Assembly: GCA_965237675.1 (NCBI GenBank)
Contig: OZ250150.1
Coordinates: 1,792,001-1,856,000 of the forward strand
Length of the DNA: 64,000 nt
Direction of reading: 5' to 3'
Origin: Candidatus Latescibacterota bacterium
GTDB taxonomy: Bacteria; Latescibacterota; UBA2968; GCA-2709665
Both the position numbers and the translations under genes were made by a program. Below, piece after piece: positions 1 through 9,401 of the stretch. The number at the start of each line of letters is the position of its first letter. Within the stretch, counting starts at the first letter, position 1. The notes beneath the pieces are model-generated. The model saw only the letters and a program-made list of their open reading frames with translations, was not told the origin of the DNA and did not search any database.

Positions 1-1911
1 ATCCGAACGGAGGCACAAGCCGGACGAATGGGGTCGCGTCTGATGGCGATTGTGGCCAAGGGGGATCGCAGCAGGTTGTATTTTGCACCTGTGGATAGCC
101 ATGAAGCGGTGGCAGCCACGGCCCAACCCCTTTGGAAACCTGACCTGAAAGTACCGACGCCGTGCCATGATGTTGACCGTTTGCCGATGTACGGAATGCC
201 TACATGGGGTGATGCTTTCACCCCCCGACAACTTGTCGCCTTGACTACATTATCCGACCTCGTCAAGGAGGTATTGGAGCGGGTCAAGCGCGATTACAGC
301 AGTGCACGGTCTTCTGGTTCGCCCGAACCCGTAGCGTCCCCATGTACGGATGACGAGACGCCCCTACGCAACGGCGGCGCTGGCGCGTCGGCGTATGCTG
401 AGGCGGTGGGGGTGTATCTGGCGTGTGCGGTTAGCAAAACGTCAAACCGTGCCAGTACCCTATGTACTTTCAAGATTTCAGTGGAATGTCCTGGAGATAC
501 ATTTGGGAGGCAAGCCCTTCCGATGACTTGGGATTACGCTGAAGCGAATACGGTAGCCGGACCTAGCGGCTCCTTTGAAAGCATGCTTACCAACACAGTA
601 GCTGGGTTGCTTTCCAACGGTGCGCTGCCTGGATCCATCGGCCGGGCACACCAGGCAGATGCTGCGTCTCAGTCAATTGCACTCAGAAAAGCTATCTCTA
701 CAGACCCGCCATATTACGACAATATAGGTTACGCCGACCTCTCGGACTTCTTTTACGTCTGGCTACGTCGCTCGATGAGGTCGACGTTTCCGGATCTCTT
801 TGCCACTCTCGCCGTACCAAAGGCCGAAGAACTGGTTGCTACGCCATACCGCCACGGTACAAAGGAAAAGGCGGAGATCTTCTTTCTAGAGGGCATGGTA
901 AGAGTAATGCATTGCATTGCCGACCAAGCGCACCCTGCTTTTCCGATCACCATCTACTACGCCTTTAAGCAGTCTGAGACAAGAGGTGGCTCCAAGCTTG
1001 CCAGCACGGGTTGGGACACATTCTTAAGTGCGGTTATTCGTTCCGGACTCGGAATCACGGGTACCTGGCCTGTACGTACAGAGCGTGAGAACCGAAAGTT
1101 GAATCAGGGCACCAACGCCCTCGCCTCCAGCATCGTCATGGTCTGCCGCAAGCGCGAGGCTGGCGCGCCCTTGGCCACCCGGCGTGAATTCGTAGCCGCG
1201 TTGAGGGAAGAACTTCCCGACGCTCTCGCTCACCTGCAAAGCGGCAATATCGCCCCGGTGGATCTTGCCCAAGCCGCCATCGGTCCCGGCATGGCCGTGT
1301 TCACACGGTACGCTAAGGTGCTCGACGCCCAGGGCAATCCAGTCTCCGTTCGCGATGCCCTCGCGTTAATTAACCAGACACTCGACGAGGTACTGGCGGA
1401 ACAGGAGGGGGAATTCGACCCCGACACCCGCTGGGCCCTGGCGTGGTTCGAGCAGCAGGGTTTTAGCGAGGGCGAGTACGGTGTGGCGGAAACGTTGTCC
1501 AAGGCAAAGAACACCAGCATCGACGGCATCGTCGAGGGCGGGATCCTCGCCTCCCGCGGTGGAAAGGTGCGTCTGTTGCGTCCGAGCGAGTTGGCCGCCG
1601 ATTGGGATCCAACGTCAGACGCTCGGCTCACTGTGTGGGAGGCGGTGCACCACCTTGTCCAGGCCCTCGAGTCCGGTGGCGAATCGGCCGCTGCAACGCT
1701 GGTTCATCAACTCGGCGGAATTGCGGAGACTGCCCGCGAACTGGCATACCGCCTGTACACCGTCTGTGACCGCAAGAACCGCAATGAGGAAGCCCGCTCC
1801 TACAACGGCCTCGTGCAAAGCTGGCCGGAAATCGTGCGATTGTCAAGGGAACTCACGCAAGGTCAACAGTTGAGGATTTTTGGAGATCAAGCATCAAGAA
1901 ATGCTTCTTGA
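1..1911 (+). CDS. DUF1156-domain adenine-specific DNA methyltransferase (5'-truncated by window edge)
   Basis: Frame open from base 1; amino-MTase motif IV TDPPY; family motifs FTPRQL.AL, FGRQALPMTWDYAE, YYAFKQ, IAPVDLAQAAIGPGM; lies upstream of a DUF499 ATPase as usual. Confidence 0.9.
   Translation: MRTEAQAGRMGSRLMAIVAKGDRSRLYFAPVDSHEAVAATAQPLWKPDLKVPTPCHDVDRLPMYGMPTWGDAFTPRQLVALTTLSDLVKEVLERVKRDYSSARSSGSPEPVASPCTDDETPLRNGGAGASAYAEAVGVYLACAVSKTSNRASTLCTFKISVECPGDTFGRQALPMTWDYAEANTVAGPSGSFESMLTNTVAGLLSNGALPGSIGRAHQADAASQSIALRKAISTDPPYYDNIGYADLSDFFYVWLRRSMRSTFPDLFATLAVPKAEELVATPYRHGTKEKAEIFFLEGMVRVMHCIADQAHPAFPITIYYAFKQSETRGGSKLASTGWDTFLSAVIRSGLGITGTWPVRTERENRKLNQGTNALASSIVMVCRKREAGAPLATRREFVAALREELPDALAHLQSGNIAPVDLAQAAIGPGMAVFTRYAKVLDAQGNPVSVRDALALINQTLDEVLAEQEGEFDPDTRWALAWFEQQGFSEGEYGVAETLSKAKNTSIDGIVEGGILASRGGKVRLLRPSELAADWDPTSDARLTVWEAVHHLVQALESGGESAAATLVHQLGGIAETARELAYRLYTVCDRKNRNEEARSYNGLVQSWPEIVRLSRELTQGQQLRIFGDQASRNAS
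1803..1839 (+). repeat. 37-bp direct repeat, copy 1 (methylase 3' end, encodes NGLVQSWPEIVR)
   Basis: caacggcctcgtgcaaagctggccggaaatcgtgcga; 34/37 identical to 7387-7423. Confidence 0.85.
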
Positions 1912-1940
1912 TGTATCAACATGGAGACTGAACTGGCCCA

Positions 1941-3002
1941 TTAAGAGATCACGTGTGCAACTGGTCGATACGGGACCGCGGGCTCCATCAGAAATGACGA
2001 TGCCACTGTCTCCCCAAACTTGCCGAGGGCTGCTCTTGCAGCATCTGGCAGCACGGTCACCGCACCACTCCAATCGTCGAGACGGATTTTCTTGGCAGGC
2101 ATAGGCGTATCAACTCTGATAATCTTATCTCTGCCAATCAGAAGTCCAGCCTGACCAAGAGCGTTGAGAGACTGGAGACGCATGGCGGCATATATGATAT
2201 CATGCCAAGCCCATAGCCCACCTTTAATCTTCGATTTTCCGACCAAATATCGGTCATCCCCGCAGCCCAAGCTCAAGATACTGATTTGCTCACGTCGTAC
2301 AGAAAAGCACGATAATGCATCAACTAACGCTACCATTATGGGGTTGTTTGCCCAGACACCTCCATCAACAAAAGCATAGCCGCGGTCTTCTAGTGGACGA
2401 AAGAATACAGGCGCGGCCGATGTCGCTGCGGCAACTTTCGTCATTAACTCAGCAGAGTCATTTTTAAAATCGGGGTGATGGGGTGTTTTGAATATGTAGA
2501 CTTCACCGTATCGGCCGTCGAAGGATGGTATACAAAGGCGTGTTTGCGCCTCACCGAATTTTCGGCTTCCGAAAGTGTCGCACAGAATTCGCATGAGTGC
2601 TTCGCGGTCGTAGCGGTATTTGAAGAGACAGCCCACGTATCTAAAGGCGCGTTCTAACCAGCCAGCCGGGTTGTTTGGAATTGGAGGGAATATTTCACAT
2701 CCGCGTTCAACATACAGGTCTCGAAGGTCGGCCGCTGTAAGTCCAGCAGCGAGCCCGAGGGCAATAATACCACCAGTCGAGGTTCCTGCGACCAGGTCGA
2801 AATATCCGGCGATTGAGTCCCCGCCGAGATAGCGTTCCTCAAGTCCTGCCAGGAATGTAGCGGGGAAGATTCCACGTATACCACCCCCGTCAATGGCAAG
2901 AATGCGAAACTCCCTGTCTTTCGGCCATGAAAGTCGGGGTCGACGGTGCTCAAGCGTGCCAGATGATCTTTTTTCGGGTGATTCCGCGTTGATATTTGAC
3001 AT
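1941..3002 (-). CDS. CBASS patatin-like phospholipase effector (CapV-like)
   Basis: DGGGIRG oxyanion loop, GTSTG nucleophile and DGG motifs; last gene of the CD-NTase operon. Confidence 0.9.
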   Translation of the reverse strand: MSNINAESPEKRSSGTLEHRRPRLSWPKDREFRILAIDGGGIRGIFPATFLAGLEERYLGGDSIAGYFDLVAGTSTGGIIALGLAAGLTAADLRDLYVERGCEIFPPIPNNPAGWLERAFRYVGCLFKYRYDREALMRILCDTFGSRKFGEAQTRLCIPSFDGRYGEVYIFKTPHHPDFKNDSAELMTKVAAATSAAPVFFRPLEDRGYAFVDGGVWANNPIMVALVDALSCFSVRREQISILSLGCGDDRYLVGKSKIKGGLWAWHDIIYAAMRLQSLNALGQAGLLIGRDKIIRVDTPMPAKKIRLDDWSGAVTVLPDAARAALGKFGETVASSFLMEPAVPYRPVAHVIS

Positions 3003-3010
3003 TTTTGGAT

Positions 3011-3463
3011 CTAACTACCTTCGGGATGGCGACCACCACCCATCCATTTGCCGGTTGCAAGCCAGCCCTCGTAGCAGGCCAGCCAATCTATCGTCCAGGG
3101 AACGATTGTATGGGCGACTGATTGTCGAGGGGTCCATTCACGACCATCTGGATAATAAAGGCAGAGAAAGGGCATCTCAGGGCATTCTTGGTTTTGATAT
3201 TTGTGCGGGATGGGTTCGCAGGGATTTTCTTTACGTCGGCGCAATAGCGGCTCAACTACGGTCACGCACGGAATCCCCGGCGTTTTGAGAGGTCCATTCT
3301 TACTTTTTCGTTGACGACGGAGGCAGACCTGAACAACATATGCTTGTTCGAATGGTGTGAGGCGTCCTTCCCAGCATATTTTCCAATGGCCTCGTTTAAG
3401 TACCCGAAAATCCGGCCATGAACGCCGCATGTCTTGGGCCTGTTGCCAAATCGACAGTGCCAT
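3011..3463 (-). CDS. Stand-alone prokaryotic E2 (ubiquitin-conjugating-like) protein of type II-short CBASS
   Basis: 150 aa with WEG.L.P, PH.Y, LCLY (putative catalytic Cys), EW and W.GG motifs; ATG directly abuts the CD-NTase stop (TAAATG). Confidence 0.8.
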   Translation of the reverse strand: MALSIWQQAQDMRRSWPDFRVLKRGHWKICWEGRLTPFEQAYVVQVCLRRQRKSKNGPLKTPGIPCVTVVEPLLRRRKENPCEPIPHKYQNQECPEMPFLCLYYPDGREWTPRQSVAHTIVPWTIDWLACYEGWLATGKWMGGGRHPEGS

Positions 3464-4711
3464 TTAAATGGGCTCCTCTTCGCCATAAAAGGTATGCTTT
3501 CGGGTTTTTCGGGAGTATCGGGGTGTGGCATCCGAAAGGCTTACTGGAACGACTAACCGGCCGGTCCCAGTAAGGTGTCGGCTCTCACCCGTTCGAATTC
3601 GATCACCCGCCCGCTCACTGAATGCCCGGAATGCATCCATCGCTGGCGTTTCGCCGAACAGTCCCGCCATAACCTCCCTCATTTTGCCAAGGTCAACTCC
3701 CTCCACCAATACCTCAACCTGTTTAACCAGATGTTCGAGATCGCGAATGAAGACGTTTTGGTCTTTCCAAGTTTCCGGCCATCGATCAGTCAAGACATCC
3801 TTATCGCACTCGGGGTTTACGACGCAAATGCGTTGCCCACCGTCTTGCCAACGTTGGAACTCATAAAGTATGTGCTTCGCCTGAAAGAGCAGCTCCTCCG
3901 ACAGGCTTTTGGTATGATTAGCCGCATCGGCTACCAACTTCGCAATCAGTATCGAAGGCGGTCGTCGCCCCGGGCGCGCATCGTATTGTACGTTGCGCCA
4001 ACGTTTTAAGAGCTGAAGCACGATGACGGACTTCGACTTTCGGAATGGGGGTTCTTGTGGCTGGACAGGTTCGCTATCTGCCCTTTCCGCCAGTATCGAC
4101 TGCTCAAAATCGGCCGCACGTCTTTCGAAGACATCGGCGAAATCCTGGTCTGGGGGTGTATTGGCCTTAAACCACTCTGCGAAACCATACGGATTGGCAA
4201 TAATCTTCCTGCTCGGCTCTGCGGGTTCCTCCGGCCGGTCGTGGAAGAGCCAGCTCTCGCGCTCATGAGTTCCCGGTCTGCGAATTAATGGTGTAACATC
4301 GATGTGCATGTCGTCGCTGTAATCAACGGTAACGCATCGAGTTCTTCTCTTTGTCATCCTGTAGTAACGGGAGCCCGGTTTTCCCTTTATCGCTTCGAAC
4401 AGGAGATCTAACGGGATATTGGGCGATATTTGCGATGGCAAATCGAGTTGTGCCACAATGTCAATGTCGAATTCATCGGTCTGGAGTTTCGATGCGATTG
4501 TTGCGCCGACGGCCATTGATCCTTGCGGATAGAACAAATGAACTTTATCCTTGAGCGCACTGTCCTCGCGCTCAATCCATTCGTTTATGGTATTGTATCT
4601 GCCAACGGCCCTATCGTAGTCGGACCGGCTGAGTTGGACGCGAATTGCCACATCGGCCAATAGGATATCCAATGGCTCGGTGAGATGGATTGAATTTGCC
4701 TTGGGGTTCAT
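3464..4711 (-). CDS. CD-NTase (cGAS/DncV-like, SMODS nucleotidyltransferase)
   Basis: YPQGS...DEFDIDIV and HIDVTP catalytic acidic motifs, ANPYGF, LLKRWRN, NP...E/D.LTDRW; C-terminal HTFYG tail. Confidence 0.92.
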   Translation of the reverse strand: MNPKANSIHLTEPLDILLADVAIRVQLSRSDYDRAVGRYNTINEWIEREDSALKDKVHLFYPQGSMAVGATIASKLQTDEFDIDIVAQLDLPSQISPNIPLDLLFEAIKGKPGSRYYRMTKRRTRCVTVDYSDDMHIDVTPLIRRPGTHERESWLFHDRPEEPAEPSRKIIANPYGFAEWFKANTPPDQDFADVFERRAADFEQSILAERADSEPVQPQEPPFRKSKSVIVLQLLKRWRNVQYDARPGRRPPSILIAKLVADAANHTKSLSEELLFQAKHILYEFQRWQDGGQRICVVNPECDKDVLTDRWPETWKDQNVFIRDLEHLVKQVEVLVEGVDLGKMREVMAGLFGETPAMDAFRAFSERAGDRIRTGESRHLTGTGRLVVPVSLSDATPRYSRKTRKHTFYGEEEPI

Positions 4712-4992
4712 TGTAAAATCCTTTCATTTATGTGGTCAGTTTCCAAGACAGTGGACTTTCTGGTCATTTGATTTATATATTGTGGAAAAATCAATCAAAT
4801 TGTAAATTTCAGAAACGGCAGTCGCCGAGAGCACCGGAAGCCAATATTTCGTTACTCAGTTTCAGTCCTACCTAATATATTGTGGATCGTGCCGCTACGA
4901 TTCTCAAAACCGACTGCTGCATGAGGAGTTCGAATAGTGGTTTACAAAATTCCAATATATATGAAAGATTGTAAACCGTCAAGGGGGAAATT
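4711..4992. promoter_or_regulatory. AT-rich divergent promoter region with candidate operators
   Basis: Perfect 9-bp inverted repeat ggtttacaa(4939-4947)/ttgtaaacc(4969-4977); further TTGTAAA at 4711 and 4800; direct repeat atatattgtgga at 4775 and 4875. Confidence 0.6.
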
Positions 4993-6078
4993 ATGGTAGG
5001 GCGAAAACTGAAGATTGCACGGACCGCTGCAGGCCTCTCTCTCCGTGGTCTTGAGGCACGCATTGTAAGTCGGGTGACGGCACAGGCGATCGGCAAGTAC
5101 GAGCGTGGCGCCTCGACGCCAAGCCCAGACGTCCTCACAGCGCTGGCCAACGCCCTATCGGTGCCCGTGGACTACTTGAACGGAGACCAGGAAATCGCAT
5201 TAGAGTCCGTCGAATTTCGGAAGAAGAAGATTACGGGTCGACGCGAGGAGGCGCAGGTCGAAGCGAAAGTAATTCACTTGCTGGAACGCTACCTTGAAGT
5301 AGAGGAGTTTCTCCATCTGACGAGCGTAAACTGGGACAAACCCCGCGCCGCGCCGTATCCTGTCGTCAGCGATCCCTCTGAAGCGGAACGTGCCGCAAAC
5401 AATCTTAGGTTGTATTGGGGCTTGGGGTTTGACCCGATCCCTGATCTTGTAGAGTTGGTCGAAGAACATGGAATTAAGGTCCTTGCAATTGATCTTGGAA
5501 ATATCGACGGCCTTATGGCGCGGGTTCGTCGCCCCGGAAAGCGTCAGGTTCCCGTCCTTGTCGTAAACGACAAGGACGGGGGAGAGCGGCAACGCTTGAC
5601 GATGGCGCATGAACTCGGCCATCTTGTCCTTGACGTCGCAGCAAATATTGACGATGAGAAAGCCGCCTACCGTTTTGGCGGGGCGTTCCTGATGCCCGCC
5701 GAAGCGCTGTGGGGCGCCGTAGGGAAACGACGGACGTCCATCGGATGGAGTGAACTATTTGCTCTAAAGCAGCTATTCGGGGTAAGTGTTCAAGCTCTAA
5801 CCTATCGATGTAAGGATCTCGGCATTATCAGTCTGTCTCTTTTCCGGGTGTTGTTCGGCGAGTTCTCTCGTCAGGGCTGGCGGCGGCCTCCGTATGAAGA
5901 GCCTTATGCGATGCCCGCAGAGGTACCGCAGCGTTTCGAGCGGCTGTGTTACCGCGCCATGGCTGAGGGAGCTATCCCCGTGGCTAGGGCCGCTGAACTG
6001 CTGCAGGTCTCGGTCGCCGAATTGAATCGGTCCATGCTCGAGCCGCCAAGCAAGGAATCTGTCGAAAATCACCATTAA
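4993..6078 (+). CDS. Xre HTH - ImmA/IrrE (DUF955) metallopeptidase fusion regulator
   Basis: N-terminal HTH_3 (LKIARTAAGLSLR...IGKYERG), R.R.T.AHELGH zinc motif, E..A..FGGAFLMP. Confidence 0.9.
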   Translation: MVGRKLKIARTAAGLSLRGLEARIVSRVTAQAIGKYERGASTPSPDVLTALANALSVPVDYLNGDQEIALESVEFRKKKITGRREEAQVEAKVIHLLERYLEVEEFLHLTSVNWDKPRAAPYPVVSDPSEAERAANNLRLYWGLGFDPIPDLVELVEEHGIKVLAIDLGNIDGLMARVRRPGKRQVPVLVVNDKDGGERQRLTMAHELGHLVLDVAANIDDEKAAYRFGGAFLMPAEALWGAVGKRRTSIGWSELFALKQLFGVSVQALTYRCKDLGIISLSLFRVLFGEFSRQGWRRPPYEEPYAMPAEVPQRFERLCYRAMAEGAIPVARAAELLQVSVAELNRSMLEPPSKESVENHH

Positions 6079-6167
6079 CGATCTCTTTATGGTATTGTCC
6101 AGTGGTTGCGCATTTTCGTACTGGAAAATCCCGACTGGATGATCTGCCAACTGCCGCGCGCGGAGAC

Positions 6168-6600
6168 ATGTAAATATCCACCATCGGCTTCACTCAGAAA
6201 CCCGCCCGCCGGTTTTTCGACCTTCTTCGACAGTCCGGCGCGAGGCGTGTCGTCGACGTGCGGCTCAACAACGAGTCACAATTGGCCGGTTTTGCGAAGA
6301 AAGGCGACCTGGAGTTTTTTCTGCGCGAACTTTGTGGTATGGAGTACGTTCACGTGCCCGAACTGGCGCCGACGAAGGAGTTGCTGGGCGACTACAGGAA
6401 GCGGCGTTGCAATTGGGCAGCCTACGAGGACCGATTCATCGCGTTGATACGTGAGCTGCGGATCGAGAAGACCGTTTCGAAACAGCTCGTCGCCGACGGA
6501 TGCTTGCTGTACAGCGAAGACAGGCCGCACCGCTGCCATCGACGGCTCGTAGCCGAGTACTTTAAACAGCATTGTGGCAATTTGGAGATCGGCCATCTCC
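6168..6600 (+). pseudogene. DUF488 family, degenerate copy
   Basis: Colinear with 11577-12014 but begins ATG TAA (codon 2 AAA->TAA); CLLCSE changed to CLLYSE; normal stop after EIxHL lost. Confidence 0.8.
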
Positions 6601-6615
6601 GACAGGAAGCATCGC

Positions 6616-6942
6616 ATGAATATACCTGCCTCCGAATCGTTCATACCGATGATGGTGGATCGCATTGTACAAGGCTTCCAGCCTTCTCGGCTCGTTCTCT
6701 TCGGCTCCCATGCACGGGGCACGGCCACCGAATCAAGCGACGTGGACTTGCTCGTAATTCTGTCCAATGTGTCCGACAAGCGGGATACGGCTATCGAGAT
6801 CCGACGGGCCCTGGGAGATCTCCCGGTTTGCAAGGACATAGTGATAGCGACTCCCGAGGAAGTCACTCGTTGCGGTCATCTTGTTGGGACCGTGTTGCGT
6901 TCAGCACTCCGCGAGGGGCGGGTCATTTATGAACGACCGTGA
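6616..6942 (+). CDS. MNT (minimal nucleotidyltransferase) antitoxin
   Basis: LFGSHARG...SDVDLLV motif, ~108 aa, overlaps a HEPN gene. Confidence 0.85.
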   Translation: MNIPASESFIPMMVDRIVQGFQPSRLVLFGSHARGTATESSDVDLLVILSNVSDKRDTAIEIRRALGDLPVCKDIVIATPEEVTRCGHLVGTVLRSALREGRVIYERP

Positions 6943-7322
6943 CATCGTCGATCAAGTTCGCCGATGGCTTCGTTTCGCCCTGGAGGATCTCGACGTCGCG
7001 CAATGCTTGCTGGCGGCGGATGGCTCACAACCTCGCCCAGCAGGCAGCCGAAAAGGCTTTAAAGGCAGCACTGGTACCCGAAGAAACAGACTTTCCGTTA
7101 CGTCACGACCTGGATGCATTGCGTAACCTCCTGCCGGACACTTGGTCGGTCCGGCGCACACACACGGATCTTGCCCAATTGACCCAATGGGCTCTTGAGG
7201 CACGGTATCCAGGCGATTGGCAAGAGGCCACGGAGGCGGATGCTGATCGGGCGGTGTCCCAGGCACGAGGCGTTTGCAACTCGATAGCGGTCGAGTTTAA
7301 GCGGCGCATAAACGCTGCATAG
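6929..7322 (+). pseudogene. HEPN toxin, frameshifted
   Basis: N-terminus (WLRFALEDLDVA) and C-terminus (AQQAAEKALKA, RHDL, ARYPG) lie in different frames, switching near 7030-7040. Confidence 0.8.
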
Positions 7323-7386
7323 GTTTGTCGAAGATGAGCTATACAAGAAAACGAAGTAGGTGCCTCTCTCCCTGATTTCTCTCCAT

Positions 7387-7423
7387 CAACGGCCTCGTCC
7401 AAAGCTGGCCTAAAATCGTGCGA
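7387..7423 (+). repeat. 37-bp direct repeat, copy 2 (orphan methylase 3'-end fragment)
   Basis: caacggcctcgtccaaagctggcctaaaatcgtgcga. Confidence 0.85.
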
Positions 7424-7431
7424 CGTGTTGC

Positions 7432-7476
7432 GTAGAGTATCCTGGGAGCGCGGGCGTCTCGCCCGCATGCCTCTAC
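7432..7476 (+). repeat. REP-like palindrome
   Basis: cctgggagcgcgggcgtctcgcccgcat hairpin inside a gtagag/ctctac inverted pair; relatives at 15529, 16071, 16126, 26601. Confidence 0.7.
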
Positions 7477-7596
7477 ATCGGCGAAATTATGGCACTATTG
7501 CAAACGCATTCTAAAGTTTTGAAAGTCATCACGAAAATTACTGTATATCCATTTCGTTAACTTGATACTCTCGCCATCGACGAAGGGACTGACGCC

Positions 7597-8775
7597 ATGT
7601 CTGAAGAACGCCATGAAAACCGGCTTCATCTTCCGGATCTGTCGATAACCGGATTTCGAGGTATCGCGTCACTTACGATAGGGAAGTTGGGTCGCGTGAC
7701 GCTGCTGGCGGGAAAGAATGGTGTCGGTAAGACGACCGTTCTGGATGCCGTCCGGGTCTACGCAGCCCGCGGGAACTATGGCGTGTTGTCCGGCTTGCTG
7801 GAGAGCCGCCAAGAGCGGGCTCTCGCTATCTGCGATGATCCCAATCGGCAGAGAAGATTTCTACCTGACTTTGCGGCCCTGTTCCATGGACGGAATGTGT
7901 CGAGGAATGCCTGCATCTCGATCGGGCCCAATATCTGCGAGGATCAACTCAGGATTGAGGAGGAGCCTCTGGACGACCAACAGGTTTCTCAACTCAAGCA
8001 ATCACTCTCTGGCCATTTTGCACACGGCTATCGTCAGGCATTCAAAGTCGTATTTCAAGGCGCTGGACAATTGCTGCCATGGTTTCTCCCCATCCAGGGA
8101 TCGGCGGCGGCCAGAACCGTAGAACGCCATAGCGCTGGCGCGTTCCTTTTCTCATGGGACCTATTGGGCGGAGCTAAGTGGTCGTCCCCAATAGGATGTC
8201 AACCATTGGGACCGGGTGTGTTGAGCAACGAAGAAATGGTACGTTTCTGGAATGCCATTGCGCTGACTGATGATGAGGACCGAGCGATACGGGCCCTGAG
8301 ACTGATTTTCGGGAGCGACCTGGAGCGCGTGGCCGTGATTCGCAACGACGAACCATTTGACAAGGAACATGTTGAGCGAGTGGTCGCAAAGCTCCGGGGC
8401 CAGGCTCGTCCAGTCCCCTTGCAAAGTCTGGGCGATGGGGCACTGCACCTGGCCGCCACTGCCGCGGCGCTGGCCAACAGCCGCGACGGTTTTCTGCTCA
8501 TCGATGAAGCCGAAAACGGTATTCATCATTCCGTTCAAAGGGAGTTCTGGCGGATGGTTCTTATGACGGCACACGAGAATAACGTGCAGGTATTGGCCAC
8601 GACGCACAGCTACGATTGCGTTCGTGGCTTTGCGCAAGCCGTTGATGACTGTGACGGTATCGAAGGGGCGCTTGTGCGTCTTGAACGCGAAGATGGAGGT
8701 CTCCGAGCCGTCGAATATTCGGAGCGTAATATCAGGGAACTAGCTAAGCAACCTGTTGGTGTAGAGGTGAGGTAG
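7597..8775 (+). CDS. AAA_15/AAA_21 ABC-type ATPase
   Basis: Walker A GKNGVGKT, signature SLGDG, Walker B LLIDEAENGIH, H-loop TTHS. Confidence 0.9.
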   Translation: MSEERHENRLHLPDLSITGFRGIASLTIGKLGRVTLLAGKNGVGKTTVLDAVRVYAARGNYGVLSGLLESRQERALAICDDPNRQRRFLPDFAALFHGRNVSRNACISIGPNICEDQLRIEEEPLDDQQVSQLKQSLSGHFAHGYRQAFKVVFQGAGQLLPWFLPIQGSAAARTVERHSAGAFLFSWDLLGGAKWSSPIGCQPLGPGVLSNEEMVRFWNAIALTDDEDRAIRALRLIFGSDLERVAVIRNDEPFDKEHVERVVAKLRGQARPVPLQSLGDGALHLAATAAALANSRDGFLLIDEAENGIHHSVQREFWRMVLMTAHENNVQVLATTHSYDCVRGFAQAVDDCDGIEGALVRLEREDGGLRAVEYSERNIRELAKQPVGVEVR

Positions 8776-8779
8776 CTAA

Positions 8780-9382
8780 ATGTCGGGTGATGATCGTGTT
8801 CTACTCGTGGAAGGGCTGGATGACAAGCGTGTCGTCCGGCATCTGGCTGACCGCTTAGAAAAGATGCCGAAGTTCTACATTTCCGATAAGGAAGGAATTG
8901 ATGTCCTTCTCGGGGAAATCGGCCTGGAATTGCGGGTTCCCGGTCGCAGGGCTCTCGGCATTGTCGCAGACGCGAACGAAGACGTAAATGCTCGCTGGAG
9001 CTCTGTGGCCAACCGGCTTCGAGAGGAAGACATCGAGGTGCCTGACTACCCCGGCGCAGAAGGTACCATCATTAATGGATCCCCTCGAGTTGGCATCTGG
9101 TTGATGCCCGACAATTCATCATCAGGCGAACTTGAAGACTTCGTTGCGGAAATGGTTCCAGACGATGATCCAATTTGGCCACGAGCCCGGCGTTACATTG
9201 ACTGCATTCCAGAGGCGGATCGTAAGTTTACTGAGAAAAAGATACAGCGAGCCAGGATCCACGCTTGGCTGGCAGCAAGGGAGGACCCCAGGCTGATGGG
9301 CGCCGCTATCGGCGCACGTGACTTGCACGTGGATGGAGCACTCAGCACAAAATTCATCAAATGGCTGCGGCGGCTGTTTTAA
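8780..9382 (+). CDS. DUF3226-like TOPRIM-fold protein
   Basis: LLVEG..D, GIVADA, GIWLMPDN..G.LEDF motifs; typical partner of AAA_21 ATPases. Confidence 0.8.
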   Translation: MSGDDRVLLVEGLDDKRVVRHLADRLEKMPKFYISDKEGIDVLLGEIGLELRVPGRRALGIVADANEDVNARWSSVANRLREEDIEVPDYPGAEGTIINGSPRVGIWLMPDNSSSGELEDFVAEMVPDDDPIWPRARRYIDCIPEADRKFTEKKIQRARIHAWLAAREDPRLMGAAIGARDLHVDGALSTKFIKWLRRLF

Positions 9383-9401
9383 TAATCGGACGGACTACGT
9401 A

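Noticed and set aside
4775-4886. NrdR boxes (atatattgtgg)
   Set aside because: Only half-site resemblance, 100 bp apart, with no ribonucleotide reductase genes nearby; kept only as unspecified candidate operators.
6258-6932. 224-aa DUF488 fusion protein
   Set aside because: Read-through of the decayed DUF488 into an alternative frame of the MNT gene.
7597-9382. Calling the ATPase/TOPRIM pair PARIS (AriAB)
   Set aside because: The partner looks like DUF3226 rather than DUF4435; it cannot be assigned without an HMM search.
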